A DNA stretch of 64,000 nt from contig NC_092377.1 of assembly GCF_030028105.1 (NCBI RefSeq), forward strand, positions 68,540,569 to 68,604,568, given 5' to 3'. Made by a program: the position numbers and the translations under genes. How positions within the stretch are numbered: position 1 is the first letter of the stretch; each line of letters opens with the position of its first letter. Origin of the DNA: Mobula birostris (Eukaryota). Below, piece by piece: positions 63,819-64,000 of the stretch. The notes beneath the pieces are model-generated. The model did no database searches. It was given only the letters and a program-made list of their open reading frames with translations, and was not told where the DNA came from.

Positions 63819-64000
63819 ACTCCACAGTAATTGTTCATTCTTTCAACTTGGGTCTGGATCTTGAATGTTATTTCAGTTCTAAATTCAGTTTTCTGTTTTG
63901 TTTATATTCCTTCTTTAAAAATAGTGCAGGACTTAATTTTAAATGATGCAATTATTTTTGCTTTGTATCTATGCAGATTAGTTTTCTAATTAATTCTGCT

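Overview
Eukaryotic, repeat-rich vertebrate DNA. The V-SINE, CR1, Penelope and Rex1 repeat mix suggests a cartilaginous fish, probably a ray (inference). Three spliced genes were rebuilt by hand from GT-AG boundaries with consistent intron phases: the first four coding exons of ABCB10 (- strand, running off the left edge), the complete 14-exon CCT4 (- strand, 14002-33064, 1602 nt, 533 aa) and exon 1 of COMMD1 (+ strand, divergent from CCT4, followed by >26 kb of intron). Most other sequence is decayed transposable elements: CR1 and Rex1/Babar-type LINEs, two families of Penelope-like elements (PLEs), two Tc1 families, a Tigger/pogo element, a two-LTR Gypsy element, RTE-type pieces, SINEs and a tiny hAT-like MITE. 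The most interesting signals are RNA structures. (1) The 3' UTR of a short HERO-like retrotransposon remnant (49908-49980) holds all hammerhead-ribozyme core elements in a non-circularly permuted, pseudoknotted order. (2) Several minimal type I hammerhead motifs lie at PLE termini, two with intact cores (6069-6106 on -, 62062-62099 on +). Also noted: a perfect heat-shock element at CCT4, a perfect DR4 plus CRE-like site at COMMD1, and a 32-bp G-rich minisatellite next to an assembly gap in CCT4 intron 1. Family assignments are from recalled motifs, not database searches.
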